From positions 129,084,001 through 129,148,000 of the forward strand of contig OX597819.1 of the NCBI GenBank assembly GCA_951406725.2: a stretch of 64,000 bases of DNA. Direction: 5' to 3'. A program made the position numbers and the translations under genes. Source of the DNA: Octopus vulgaris (Eukaryota). Under the pieces are notes generated by a model that was given only the letters and a program-made list of their open reading frames with translations, searched no databases and was not told where the DNA came from. Numbering within the stretch: position 1 is the first letter of the stretch; every line of letters starts with the position of its first letter. Shown piece after piece: positions 25,140 through 42,177 of this stretch.

Positions 25140-28100
25140 GCCCTTTTACTTTCGTTGCTCAATATCATTTAACATTATCATTTGAAAACGTAACAAAGCG
25201 TAAAATGACTTCAGTATTCTCCATTTATGTTCATTCCATTTTCATCTTTTTTAAGCCTTTTACAGATGTCTTCCAGTGAGTGCAGCTTTAATCCCATGTA
25301 TTATTTCTCTTTCAATATTGATCCTTTCGCTTTTAGTATGAAGTCTCAAGGTAATATTCCTTGACTATAGATTTTCTTCATAATCTGTATATAATTTTGT
25401 TGTAGTCTCCGATCGATAAAAGATTCAAGCACAGCTGTGATTTCAATGTTATCGAAGGCTCCTTCATAATCAATAAAGCCGAAATACAATGGTTGTCTAT
25501 ATTCTCCTTGTTTCTGAATAACTTACCTCATGAACTGCAAGTGGCCGGTGACTGGAAACCCGATTCTCGATTTTACTTGTTTCCTTACTTGTTTGAAGTC
25601 AACAACAGGATAGATGCTATTTGTAAACACTTTGGAGAATAGTTGATATAAGTTAGATAAGAGGCTGGATTGTCTGTAGTTTTTTTTACAGTTCTATAAT
25701 AAAAAGTGTTCTAATAAAATGTATGATTGCATTGTTTTATATCGGTGGTTCTCAATCAATTTTATATTCGGGTCAGATCCAAAAGCTTGGATGTTTTTAG
25801 TGGGGCTTCACCAAAAAAGTAAACATAAGTCAATTAAAGGAAAGTTTATTAAATTTTTAGAGGGAAAACCGCAAAAAGAAAAGATAATAGTAGACAAATG
25901 GAATTTAATGTGAAACTTGATTTTGCTTTCAGTTTTCAACTAGTTTGTCAAAACGAGGACTCATGGTGGAAGACACCATACAGAAAAGCTTGTTAACATT
26001 ATGCTCAGTCAATCAGTCGCCATATTTTGTTTTGATAACCACCAATTTGCTGAAAAGTGCTTCACATATACATGTTGAACCAAATACAGAGGCATTTTCT
26101 TGTGTATTAGCAATCAAGTTAGAATATTTCCCCTCTGGGATTCGCCTCCAGAAGTTATGTAGCTGACTATCCTTGAATGTGGATGTCAGCCCCATATCTG
26201 GCTGCAAATCCAGGAACTCCATTTGAAATTCTTTGGGAGCGCTGACTGCATCTACCTCTATAGATGCTGAATATATTTTCATCGAGGGTAAGGAAACCTT
26301 GATGTAAACCAATCAGCGTTAAAATTCGTCAATCAAGTCACTTATGATCTTGCTGTACTTATTGCATGATCTGTTATCCTTGTGCTCAGAAAGCTAGGGG
26401 AAATAGGCCGCAATACCACGTGCAATCGGCATCTTCCAAAGGTGAAGCTTTGCAATGAAGGCAGATACTATACCGTACAAATCATGACTGAGTGCGGTTC
26501 AAAGTCGCAAAGTGTGCAGGGATATCGACCATGACAGCCAAATCATTAATCCATTATTTGTTGCAAAACTGATGGAAGATTATCTTCCCTTCAGTAAAAG
26601 CTTTGATTTCTAGGGGAAGTTTGTAGAACATGTTCAGGCATGTGGCACGGCTTATCCACCGAACAGCATGAACACATCTCCATAATCAGCATCGATATCC
26701 GGTAAAAACTGCTTAAAATTACGATGAATCGGGGCTTTTGCACGAATCTGGTGTATGGTTGGTATTGCTGCCTCTATCGTATTGGCCATTTTCAGCGATT
26801 TAGCAATGAAATTTTCCTGGTGTATAATGCAGCGGTGTCTTTTACAGAAGTAAGGTTGTTCTCTGCTCACCGTCCAGCAATGAGTCCTTGAAGATCTTGT
26901 TTCTGTCCATGCAGAGAAGGATCTCCATTTCTGGCCATCGAAAACTGCTTTGCCGGATGCTTCTTGAACGCTTGCACGAAATTCACAGACTGTATCTGTC
27001 CCTTTTTGAGGAGTCATGAATGGAACGCAACGTGAGATATTCTTCGTAAATCTGGAAGTCTGGCATCACTCCTCTGATCAACGCAACCAATTGCTCTGCA
27101 TCCGTAACGTCTTTTGTGCCGTCAAGAGCGGTAGAGCAGCAGACAAAAGCCCTCGATTTACAGAGAAGTTGGCCACATAGATTACTAGATAAGCATCCAA
27201 TTCGTCGAGTGATTGTATCATTCATTGCAGAGCTGTATTTTCTTTGCTTTTTGTTGAATGCTTGAAGAACAACATTCTTCCGTGAACATGACAATAGCCT
27301 GTTTCATGATTTCGCTAACTGAATACAGCTTCATATGGCAAGCCAGAATCTGACTAATCCTGTATGATTCTATTCTTAAGTCTTTAGAATCACGTTTGAA
27401 GACATTCATTTACTTTGTGCGCGCTGATGTTAAGAATTTTCCTTGATTCACCTCGGTAACAAATATATTCCTCAGAATGAGTTTGGTAGTGTATCTCAAC
27501 ATTAAACGACTCCAAATTGTTTATCACCACAGGAGAGAGGATGCAGTGTGCCTTGCCGTCGCTTTCAATCACAAAATATTCTACTTCCTAATCGGCTTGT
27601 AATGCACTATACTTTTGCATAAGTGTATGAGCTTTCAACAAGGGTAGTTCCACCATAACAGACAATGAAAGTTAATGCAATGATGAAAGAATGCATAACA
27701 GCTGACTGAGTGGTTTCTTGCATGTCCAACGCCGGTAAACGAAGGTCATAGCACGGATAGTTCAATAATGCTCATTTACTGTTCTGTGATCGATCTGTCT
27801 GAATAACTTTTTCTTAGCAGTGTGTGCACGCAAGAGTATCTCAATGTCGATATTAAAGTCGTCGCAAGCTCGAGTCAATGAATGAAAGAAAATAATGCCA
27901 TTTTAGTTGAAGACAAACCTATGCTTGGTTTATTTTTTCAAAAGTTTTAACTTTGGTATCAGTATTTCTGAATATGTAAGAGGAGTTTCTACATTAGGAG
28001 TTTTTATTAAATTCCTAAAAAAAAAGTCATGGGCCGCCTTAAGGATGCTTGAGGGTCGCATATGATTCTAGAAGCCGTGATTGAGAACTACTGTTCGAGA

Positions 28101-28400
28101 TGCTGGAAAACTTATTTGATTTTGTGCATTTTGTAAAGATTTATCAAGAAACTATGTCCTCACCTTCTTTGAAGAATTCGACGAGCAATACTTTATCACC
28201 CGGGGCCTTTCTGATTTTCATGTCTTTCAATATATTTTTAATTCAATCATTTGCTACACCCAGTACTTCATCTTTATCAACCACATTAATTCCTGGGACC
28301 CTTAAATTATTCTTACTTGAATTTAAATCTTGGTAAAATTCTTTTAGTTCATAAATGAGCGCCTCTGTATCCTTATGACTTGTCCATCACCAGACTTGAA
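25140..28400 (-). pseudogene. Degenerate RTE-like LINE RT region interrupted by a hAT element
   Basis: Minus-strand remnants RKAPGDKVLLVEFFKEG (~28200), NYRQSSLLSNLYQLFSK (~25660), GFIDYEGAFD (~25470). Confidence 0.65.
25743..28093 (-). mobile_element. hAT DNA transposon (Charlie/SPIN/GTF2IRD2-like), decayed transposase
   Basis: 16-bp TIR CGGTGGTTCTCAATCA / CAGTAGTTCTCAATCA. Fragments ALDGTKDVTDAEQLVALIRGV, CIIHQE, FGSTCICEALFSKL. Eroded 8-bp TSD (ttttatat/ttcgagat). Confidence 0.85.
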
Positions 28401-28414
28401 AGTAATATTTGTGA

Positions 28415-28454
<40 letters not shown>

Positions 28455-28987
28455 GAGTGAGAGAGCAGTGCATGCCATCAAAGTGACACTGGGGTAAAAT
28501 ATACGAAGCCCAATATACCCATCATGACTACCCGTCTGATAAGGGTAGACCAGGCACATGCATCACAACCATATGTGCGCGACATGGTGATCTCATATCA
28601 AGATAAACAGCACATGACCTTGCAGGTGGGGCCCAGTTAGAATTTTCTTCAGGTTGAGTAGCCCATCTCGCTCAAAAAGTCCCTGAATAAGGGTTGTTTA
28701 AGGATGTTGAAAGAACTACCCATGTTTCCAGAGGTGAATTATTCAAACCCCAAAGAATCCCTCTCCCACTACTTCTGCTCGTGATCAGAGATGCACATAT
28801 CGTCAGCCACTAAGGGACATGCTCAACTGGTTATGGTCAAGCAACTGACAAGCAAATCTGTGGTATTGAGCAGAATATTTGTTGTTGCCCATCTTTTATA
28901 CCAAGACAAAACAATGTACATGATAACACTTCCAATCAGTTAAGATCAGAAGCCATGAGAGCCACTGCCTGGTACTGCATCAGGGCA
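28455..28987 (-). mobile_element. ~535-bp non-coding (TAA)n-embedded element 'X', copy 1
   Basis: Reverse complement of 54445-54987; both ends in (ATT)n. Confidence 0.85.
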
Positions 28988-29015
28988 ATTATTATTATTA
29001 TTATTATTATTATTA

Positions 29016-29088
<73 letters not shown>

Positions 29089-29091
29089 TAC

Positions 29092-29140
<49 letters not shown>

Positions 29141-29141
29141 T

Positions 29142-30195
29142 GACCCATGAATAGTCAAGAAGGAAGGCGAAAAAATAGACATATACAATCCTCTTAAGTA
29201 CGAAACTGCTCAGCTATGGAAAATGAAGATGAAGATTATGCCAATTGCTGTTGGGTCTTTGGGAACAGAATCAGAAGGCATCAAGAGAAATATAAAGGAA
29301 ATTAGAATAGAGTGCCCAGTAGAACTGTTACAAAATGTTTGCATCCTTGGCACTGCCAGAATAATCAGGAAAGTATTGGATAGTTGAAAATAATAGACAG
29401 CATGGTACCGTATGCTGCAGGCAGCAAGCCCGCTACGAATGCAAGACTCTAGAACTTCCAACAAAACCTGAGTTAAGAAAAGTTATAACAATTTTAAAAA
29501 GCTGGTGAGAACACAAACCACTGCCAGAGCATGAAAATGATCACATCTCACTCCTTTGGAACTTTACTGTTCAAACTAACGGACAGACAGATGGAAATAG
29601 GTCAGACATTATATTGAAGGATTTTCAGACAAAAATCATGCCTCGTCATCGATATGACAGTCCCAGTCGACATAAATGTGACCTACCAAAAACTGAGCAA
29701 GTATAGAGATTTTGAAGTAGAAATTGGCAAAATGTGAAACCTCAAAACTAAAACAATACCTGTTCTTATAGGTACCCTATGAATGACAGCAAAAAGAGAC
29801 TGGTTACTACCTATTTCAGATACGAGGAAATCCAAAAATGGAAAAAATTCAAAAAATAGTGCTCATGGTAACTGCTCATACCCCACGGAAAATATTGTCT
29901 ATGTAATCCCAAAAACATTTAACTCTGCAAACATTGTCAAAAGTACTTAATAGTAAACACCTTTAACTGTCATCTTAACGTCACACTATCATCTTGTCAT
30001 CAAATTACTTTTAAAACAAACTTATAATTTACTTATGTCTTGGCAGACGTTCTCTAGAACAACACTCTGTGCAAAACCAAATATATGACACCCTAGTCAT
30101 AACATCAACTTGTACTTCTAACGTGTTGCCTCATGAGGTCTTTCGGTGAGATTTGGAGTTAACTTGTATAAACCAAAGCAGAAGCCAAACATACA
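29142..30195 (+). mobile_element. Two degenerate R4/Dong-like 3' fragments followed by (AAT)n
   Basis: First fragment encodes LWKMKMKIMPIAVGSLG..LQNVCILGTARIIRKVL; 29502-30195 is a diverged subfamily 2 copy. Confidence 0.75.
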
Positions 30196-30213
30196 ATAAT
30201 AATAATAATAATA

Positions 30214-30276
<63 letters not shown>

Positions 30277-31340
30277 CTTTCTAGCATAGGCACAAGGCCT
30301 GAAATTTTGTGGGAAGGGGCTAAATGATTACGTCGACCTCAGTACTCGACTGGTACTTAAATGATATTGTTAAATACTAATTTCTTGAAAAAATAATAAT
30401 TCTAGTGTTTTAGTACGAATGCTAACAATAACAACTCGCTTAACAACAACAACAAATCAAGGACACAGCTTTCAACACACATCCTTCCGAGTTTCTAGAC
30501 TTTCTGAACTTATATGTAAAACACAGTTGGGGGGAATACTCTTGACAGAGTTGTGTCATAAGGGACTCTGTACCTTAGGTGAATAAGGAAAAAGTTAATG
30601 CACCTCTTCTTCACAAAGATTGATGTCTCTTTGTGTGCCCTCTAGAAGCACGTGATGACTTATGGGACAGAATCCTGTCCATTAAGTGAAACAAAGCGTA
30701 CGTCGGAGCATGTGTGTTTTTCAGGGACGAAACTAAAGCAAAAAGACACGCTGAGATTGTAAGATTAACATCACTGTTTATACAAAAGCACACAGATCAA
30801 AGCTACACACCAGTGACAATTAGAGGCAATACTAGTTACAGTAACTCTTGGCTTAATATTTATGGATAAATGTGGGTGAATGGTAAGTGTGGAAATTGTG
30901 AGGGAAAAAAATGTGCTTAGGTGGAAGCAATTACACACAAACTTCCAAAATCTTATGTGTTTCCACTTCCCTTCTGGGCAATATGTGAATAAATAAGACA
31001 AATAAGTTCTTTAATATTGAAGATCGCAGAGGGAAGAAGCAACCATCGATATCGTCCACACAAAAAGCAGAGAATATATTGTCGGCGGCCACTGATGAGA
31101 TGAACTTTAAGTCAGTAACGGCTGCAACAACGTCTCGGAAATCTCTGAGTTTCTGGGACCTGGTATTGAAAATCTGTGAGCTCTTGGTCCTAAGCTGTTG
31201 CAGTATTAAGTCCATACTTTAGATGGTGAGGGTGGGACCTTCGGTGGTGTGCAGTGCCGTCCAGTTAGGGAATGGTATGGCTTTCAGTTAAAAGCTACAC
31301 GCCCCAGAATCTTCCAAATACGCACACACACACAGACACA

Positions 31341-31383
<43 letters not shown>

Positions 31384-31799
31384 CATACGCACGCACATAC
31401 ATACTTACCATACATACATACATACATACATACATACATACATACATACATACATACATACATACATACATACATACATACATACATACAAGTTCTGCCG
31501 CATTTCAAGTTCTTTATTCTTAATTGATATATTTGATGAAGATGACATTTCCTCTCATTTATTGATAACATGGTCATATCTATTGACGATCATTAAAAAA
31601 AAAAAGACTTCAGGTTTCGAAGCAAAGAAAAATAAAACTCAATATCATATTTAGTGCCATAATTTTATTCTGGGTACCTTGGGCAACATGTCTTGCATTA
31701 TTGTGTAAGAGAAATCCTCCTTTACGACTGACCGATGATGGAACTCGTTTCGCTAATTTTTATGCAATACTTCTAGTTGGATTATCTTTCATTATCTTT

Positions 31800-34027
31800 C
31801 TAGAGGAACCTCTAGGTGACTCTGATCATGCTATGATCATCGCCAATCTGGCTCTTGCGGGCAACAAAAACCTGAACCATCTCCAATCTGCTTCCTTCGA
31901 TTGGAAGAGAGCAGATTGGAACCTGTACCACACTGAACTACAGCACCCAAACTGGCGTGAATTCTACAACTCCAGAATACTATACTCCAGAGTATCCTGG
32001 ACTCAATATGGGCAGCATGTGCAGCATCAGTGCCACGTAAACAAAAAAAGAAGAACCGCCCCAAAAGGGCAATTTGGGAAACTTCAGCGGTCCGACTTGC
32101 CAGGAGGGAACGTCGGACTGCTGAACGGGAATACAGGTTGCATAAATCAGACACCAACAGGAAGAAGCGGAATAAATCCTCCAACCATCTCAAGCAAGTG
32201 ACAAAAAAAGCAGTGCTTGAATTTGAACAGTGCATAGCAGCCAATCCTGACAGCAAGGTTTTCTGGAAATATGTGCACTCAAAGCAGAGACCTCACTCTC
32301 CAGTGGGCCCTCTTCGCAACCCTCACACAAACCAGATCACTGACGACCCCAAGGAATGCGCAGAACTCATTGCCGAGTGCTATGCAAACATATTCACTGT
32401 TGAAAGTCAAAATGTACCATCTTCACCATCACTAACAGCAAACTCCATAACAACTATGGAATTTACACCTGCAATGCTGCGACGTCACCTTCAAAATAAG
32501 CGCAACTATGCCTCCCCTGGTCTCGATGGAGTTACATACCTGCTTCTCAAACGTGGCAGGCACTTCCTTTTACACCAGCTTTCTATTTTCTTCCAGTACT
32601 GTCTCAACAATGGTGCTACTCCGGAGCAGTGGAAAACTGCCAGTGTCATTCCTCTGTTCAAAAAGGGCGACCGCACATCACCTGTCAACTATCGCCCAGT
32701 CAGTCTCACTAGCTGTATTGCAAAACTGATGGAATCGTGTGTCAGAGAAACACTCTGGAACTTCTGGAGCTCTCACAGTCTCATCCGACCCTCACAATAT
32801 GGATTTGTCCCTAACTCCAGCTGCAGTGACCAGCTTGTCGAGTTCCTTGAGGACATTACTCAGATTACTGACAGTGGCTCATGGGTGGATGTTGTCTACC
32901 TTGACTTTGCTAAGGCTTTCAACTCTGTGCCACACAAAAGGCTTATGGTGAAACTCTCTGCAATGGGTGTGGGGGATGACCTTTTTAACTGGTTGAAATC
33001 CTTCATCCTCAGCCGAAAGGAGGTAGTCACAGTTCTAGGACAGCACTCTACACCATATGAGATGTCATCGGGTGTACCACAGGGATCTGTCCTTGGCCCC
33101 CTCTTGTTTGTGGCATACATTAACGACATAGATGCCAATTTAAAGAATGCCACAGTATTGAAATATGCAGACGACATCAAGCTGTACCTTGAAATCAAGA
33201 GGACAGATCCTGATGTCTACAACTCTTTCCTGCAATCAGACCTAGACACAATGCAGCAATGGATCACAGACTGGCAACTGAAACTGGCTGTGGACAAGTG
33301 TACCACCATGCATTTTGGGAGAAAAACCCTGCGTTCACATACTCCCTCCACAACACTGATATCAAGAAATCCTCTTGCGAGCGTGACCTAGGCATCACTG
33401 TCAGCAGTGATTTGCGTTGGTCAAAGCATATCTCTAAGATTGTCAGGAAGGCCGAGGGTGTCTTGGCATCACTCAGCAGGTCTTTTGTTAGCCGCTCTCC
33501 AGCCATCTATTTAAAACTGTATACAGCTATGGTACGACCAGACTTGGAATTCGCATCATCAGTTTGGAACCCCTATCTTGCTCAGAACATTGACCTCCTG
33601 GAATCTGTCCAGAGACGTGCAACCAAACGCATACCCTCCATCAGACACCTACCATATTCTGAGCGCCTTGTTTCCCTGGGCATGGATTCACTGAAGCTCC
33701 GGCGTCTGGCGACGGACTTGGTAAACACCCACAAAGTTATCAACCACCTCACCAACAACAACACTGAACACCTTTTTGATCTCCATGTGTCTAACACACG
33801 TGGACATGCCTACAAAGTCAGAAAACAATACAGCTCCCATGACTTTCGGAAACATTTTTTCACGCTCAGAGTTGCTGAAGCATGGAATAAACTGCCTGCG
33901 TCAGTTGTTGACTGCCATGACACTGCATCTTTTAAGGCCCTCATGCTTTCCGAAATCCGCCGAAACTTCACCTGATTATATATACACTTTAGATGAGTTG
34001 TAGTGCACCTGAGCACTGTACACAATG

Positions 34028-34060
<33 letters not shown>
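31800..34060 (+). mobile_element. 5'-truncated CR1-group LINE ORF2 (end of APE plus RT), frameshifted, (ATT)n tail
   Basis: PLGDSDHAMI, YLDFAKAFNSV, SGVPQGSVLGPLLF, YADD, RPDLEFA, TRGH (ORFs 32030-33391 and 33259-33975). Confidence 0.93.
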
Positions 34061-34061
<1 letters not shown>

Positions 34062-34089
34062 TTGTCTTAACATTTCACGAAAGCTGACA

Positions 34090-34640
34090 CCCATCATATT
34101 CCACTAAGAACAGAGTGTAACATTTTTTCCGGTGTAGTCCTGATTGGGGATGGATTCTCCTTTTACATCGGGTGCTAATCATTCTCGTTAACGTTGGATT
34201 TGATAAATGAGGGCCCATCTTTCATCACTTGTGATTATTCTATTCAGGAAAGGTTCCATAGCAAGTCTTTATTACTCTTCAATGACGAGCAGAAGGCAAC
34301 ATTTTAATTAAGCTGAAAAGCAGTCAAATGATGAAAGACCCACTTTTCTTGATTCATTGAGGTTTTTTATGATCGAAGTATTGTTTTGCTTTTGATTTTC
34401 CTCAACGACGTTTTCCAGAAGCTCAATGTTGACAAAACCTGGTCGTCCAAATCAAGGAGAAAAAATTCCCGAGCGAAAAACTGGCCCTAAAACTATCGTT
34501 GGCATATTTGGATTCTTAAAGTTTCATTTCCATAGATAGAACACTCCTATTACTGAACTTACACATATTTTGATTTCATACCCCAAGCAGTGATTGATGT
34601 GGGTCTGATATAAACTCATTTTAAAAGGGTGTAATTGATA
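34090..34640 (-). pseudogene. Decayed mariner transposase fragment
   Basis: Minus strand PFLNRIITSDERWA at ~34212-34253, plus GRP at ~34445. Confidence 0.55.
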
Positions 34641-34925
34641 CACCTTGAACCACTATACTAAGAAAGTAATCTGCAAAGAAAGAGAAAAAAAAACAGGTTA
34701 GAATGTAAAAATTAATGTTCATTTCATCGTGTGGAAAATTACCCTCAAAGTGGTGATGCCAAACATGCGATGTCACTGCTACTCTGAGTTTCACGTTCCC
34801 GTTCGTGAAACTCTGAGTAACAGTTTTTGTGATATCTTTGCTGCTTCTTGATAAAGCATATCACTCTACCTCCGGTATTCGAATACTATTTTTTCCACTT
34901 TGTTTCGCATTTATGTGCTTACTCT

Positions 34926-35040
<115 letters not shown>

Positions 35041-35094
35041 AAATAATGAATGAGGGAAACAGAAAATGGAGTTCATGAGAATCTTTACTCATCG

Positions 35095-35200
35095 CACACA
35101 ACGATCGTTTCGACCCATTTTGCATCTGTCCCTTGCGGGTGGAATACTGTACAAATGGTTGTATTGCACCTTCCAGTGCAGATGCATCTCATCAGGTGTA
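35095..35200 (-). ncRNA. Type-I hammerhead-like motif with canonical core and extended stem II
   Basis: Minus strand: TACAC-CTGATGA-GAT-GCATCTG...CAGATGC..GTC-GAAAC-GATC-GTT-GTGTG; ~55 bp upstream of a (TC)n(TA)n tract. Confidence 0.72.
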
Positions 35201-35706
35201 TAGTTTTAAAAAAGATACCTCACTACATATTCTCAGATTCGCTCGGCGTGTTGTTATCAGTACGTTGTTGGCTATAACGGTAGCTTTCAAGCATGTCTTT
35301 AAAACCATCAAGTTGGAAAACCATCAAGACCCTTGTCGAGTTTAAGTTCATTCCATCAATGGCCAATATTGTATCCTCTTCTTTTATGCCGATGTAATCA
35401 ATGGTTGCCTCTTCCCTGAGTGGATCTGTGGTATTAAAGAACTCTTCGAGCTTATTTATTTGATTATCTCCTAGTGGAGAAGTGAAAAGACTTCGGAATT
35501 GATAATATAATATATGTGTATATATACATACATACACGCATTCACATACATACATAAATACATTCATACATACATACATAAATACATACATACATACATA
35601 CATACATACATACATACATACATACATACATACATACATACATACATACATACATACACACATACCATACGTTTTTAATTTTTATTTAATCCCAAACCTT
35701 ACAAGT

Positions 35707-35953
35707 TATGAAAAAATAATAATACACGTCGAGGGTTCGCACTTTTAACCGATGTGTCAATACTTCAAGGTTAGGTCTTCTTTAGGAAATCTTCGGAGAA
35801 AAGGTGTTGTTAGCTGACCCCTCTGTCCTGTGAAGTCAGTGAACAACACTTTTTCTCCGAAGATTTTCTGAAGACGGTATCCTAATCGTGGAATGTCGAA
35901 ATTCCAGGTAAAAGTACTAACCATCGACTTGGATTATTATTATTTTTTTTATA
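35707..35953. repeat. Old degenerate fold-back palindrome with a hammerhead relic (35864-35914, +)
   Basis: aaatcttcggagaaaaggtgttgtt mirrors aacaacactttttctccgaagattt; tttt-CTGAAGA..GTC-GAAA..GTA-aaag. Confidence 0.65.
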
Positions 35954-35986
35954 TAGTTTTCAATGCTCTATGAAAACTATATTAAT

Positions 35987-36927
35987 CGGGCGAAATGCGT
36001 AGCCGTATTTCGTCCGCCGTTACGTTCTGAGTTCAAATTCCGCCGGGGTCGACTTTACCTTTCATCCTTTCGGGGTCGATTAAATAAGTACCAGTTACGC
36101 ACTGGGGTCGATATAATCGACTTAATCCGTTTGTCTGTCCTTGTTTGTCCTCTCTGTGTTTAGCCCCTTGTGGGTAGTAAAGAAATACGTATTTCGTGTG
36201 TCGTTACGTTCTGAGTTCAAATTCCGCCGGGGTCGACTTTACCTTTCATCCTTTCGGGGTCGATTAAATAAGTACCAGTTACGCACTGGGGTCGATATAA
36301 TCGACTTAATCCGTTTGTCTGTCCTTGTTTGTCCTCTCTGTGTTTAGCCCCTTGTGGGTAGTAAAGAAATACGTATTTCGTGTGTCGTTACGTTCTGAGT
36401 TCAAATTCCGCCGGGGTCGACTTTACCTTTCATCCTTTCGGGGTCGATTAAATAAGTACCAGTTACGCACTGGGGTCGATATAATCGATTTAATCCGTTT
36501 GTCTGTCCTTGTTTGTTCCCTCAGTGCTTAGCCCCTTGTGGGTAGTAAAGAAATAGGTATTTCGTCTGCCGCTACGTTCTGGGTTCAAATTCCGCCGAGG
36601 TCGACTTTGCCGTTCATCCTTTCGGGGGTCGATTAAATAAATACCAGTTACGCACTGGAGTTGATGTAATCGACTTTATCCGTTTGTCTGTCCTTGTTTG
36701 TCCTCTCTGTGTTTAGACCCTTGTGGGTAGTAAAGAAATAGGTATTTCGTCTGTCGTTACGTTCTGAGTTCAAATTCCGCCGGGGTCGACTTTGCCTTTC
36801 ATCCTTTCGGGGTCGATAAATTAAGGACCAGTTACGCACTGGAGTCGATGCAATCGACTTAATCCGTTTGTTTGTCCTTGTTTGTCCTCTCCGTGTTTAG
36901 CCCCTTGTAGGTAGTAAAGAAATAGGT
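35987..36927 (+). repeat. Five head-to-tail 184/185-bp SINE A units
   Basis: gtatttcg recurs at 36005, 36189, 36373, 36557 and 36742. Confidence 0.95.
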
Positions 36928-37530
36928 ATACATATATTTATGGGTGTGTATGTGTGTGTGTATTATATATGTGAATGTTTGCATGTATGTACATATGCAT
37001 GAATGTATGTATGTGTATATATACTATGTGAAGATATATTATGCATAGCAAAATATCCGGCGAAACGGTAGAGGAAAGCTAGATGTACTCGTGTGTATAA
37101 CCTAAGAATTCAGTAGCACGTGTCTGGCGGACGGAGAAGAGATTTAATAAACAACCGCAGGGATAAGATCAACAACAGCCAACACCACCCCCACCACTGC
37201 CATTGCTACCGCCGCCAGCACCATCGCCGGTACCACCACCAACAACAAAACTAGAACTATTCTAGAACTATTCTAGCCATTGAAGAATAGCCAGGTGTGG
37301 CAGTCAAATCTCCCTCGAATTATTACCTAACGTCTTAAATAACGAAATGGCATATTAGATAGTGTTGTCTTACATAACTCCTAAAAAGACGCGAGGGTCA
37401 CGGTTGGAATGTATTTTGATTATTGGCGCCCTCGATCAGAATTGACCTATGGGTAAAACAACAACAATCACAATTACAACACAAACACACCACAACAGCT
37501 GTAGTAGCAGCCGTAATAATGGTAGGTAAG

Positions 37531-37561
<31 letters not shown>

Positions 37562-37680
37562 TATCCTCCGCCACCATCTCCGCTATTGCATATTAAACAA
37601 TATAAGCAGTACCAGTAGCAGTAATAATAATAGTCGTAATCGTAGTAGTAGTTGTAGTAGTGTGTAGGAACAACGCTCTT

Positions 37681-37836
37681 TATATAAGAGTGAACACAAC
37701 TACGGCGATTAAAAGCTCGACAACGGTAACATACATAACGTAACAAGCAAAAAGGCTGCTGCCGTTTTTAAAATAAAACCGAGTCAGCCACGGAGAGGAG
37801 GGAGAGAGGGCGAGAGGGAGAGACCAATCTATAAAA
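37681..37836 (+). promoter_or_regulatory. Candidate core promoter elements upstream of the putative first exon
   Basis: TATATAAG at 37681, CCAAT at 37824, TATAAAA at 37830, in non-repetitive sequence. Confidence 0.3.
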
Positions 37837-37868
37837 TAACATTAGAATGGTAGTTAAGAGACTACACA

Positions 37869-37950
37869 ATGATCCGGTTTTGGATATTCACGGCATTTCT
37901 CATTTCTCTTGGTTGCTATATCTGTGTGAAAGCTCAGGACGACTTTTCAA
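37869..37950 (+). CDS. Putative first coding exon encoding a signal peptide (MIRFWIFTAFLISLGCYICVKA/QDDFS)
   Basis: ATG in acaATG context; basic n-region, hydrophobic h-region, V-K-A cleavage motif; phase-1 donor A|GTAAGA. No downstream exon confirmed. Confidence 0.55.
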
Positions 37951-38119
37951 GTAAGATATTCCGTTATATTCTAAGCTAAAAAATCAAACCTCAAAAGAAA
38001 AAGAAAAAAAAAAATTGCTTAATTTTTTTCGGCAACTGTTGCAGTTTTTTTGCAGTTCCATTGCTTTCGTTCTTTGGTTCCTGTTTGTTTTGTTTTGATT
38101 CCATCTCCTCACTCATACC

Positions 38120-41775
<3,656 letters not shown>

Positions 41776-41776
41776 T

Positions 41777-42170
41777 AGGTGCAATCGTAGCTGTGTGGTA
41801 AGAAGCTTCCTTCACAACCCCATGGTTCCCGGTTCAGTTCCACTGCGTGGCACCTTGGGAAAAGTATCTTTTACTATTGCCTCAGGCCGACGAAAACCAT
41901 GTGAGTGGATTTTGGTAGATGGAAACTGTAAGAAGCCTATCGTACACACACACACACATATGTGTATGTATGTGTGTGTGTCTTTGTGTCCGTGTTGTCC
42001 CCACCACCACCACTGCATCACAACTGATACTGGTGCATTTACGTCCCCTAACTTAGCGGTTCGGCATAAGAGACCGACTTAATAAACCGGGTTCGATACA
42101 TTCGGCTATAAATTCTTCAAGGCAGTGCCCCAGTATGGTCGCAGTCTAATGTCTAAAACAAGTAAAAGAT
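41777..42170 (+). mobile_element. SINE family B
   Basis: Plus-strand match to the other family B copies. Confidence 0.85.
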
Positions 42171-42177
42171 ATATATA

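Noticed and set aside
30540-31270. Short minus-strand ORFs in unique-looking DNA
   Set aside because: No recognisable motifs or splice structure; probably an old repeat relic.
34775-34823. Small hairpin gagtttcacg/cgtgaaactc
   Set aside because: May be the centre of an eroded fold-back, but the arms could not be extended confidently.
35280-35490. ORF 35223-35663 as a host exon
   Set aside because: Begins in (TATG)n; the remainder looks like a decayed CR1 ORF2 piece with no splice support.
35987-36927. Regular repeat array resembling a CRISPR or a repeated 68-aa gene
   Set aside because: Contiguous 184-bp SINE units with no unique spacers and no cas genes; eukaryotic context.
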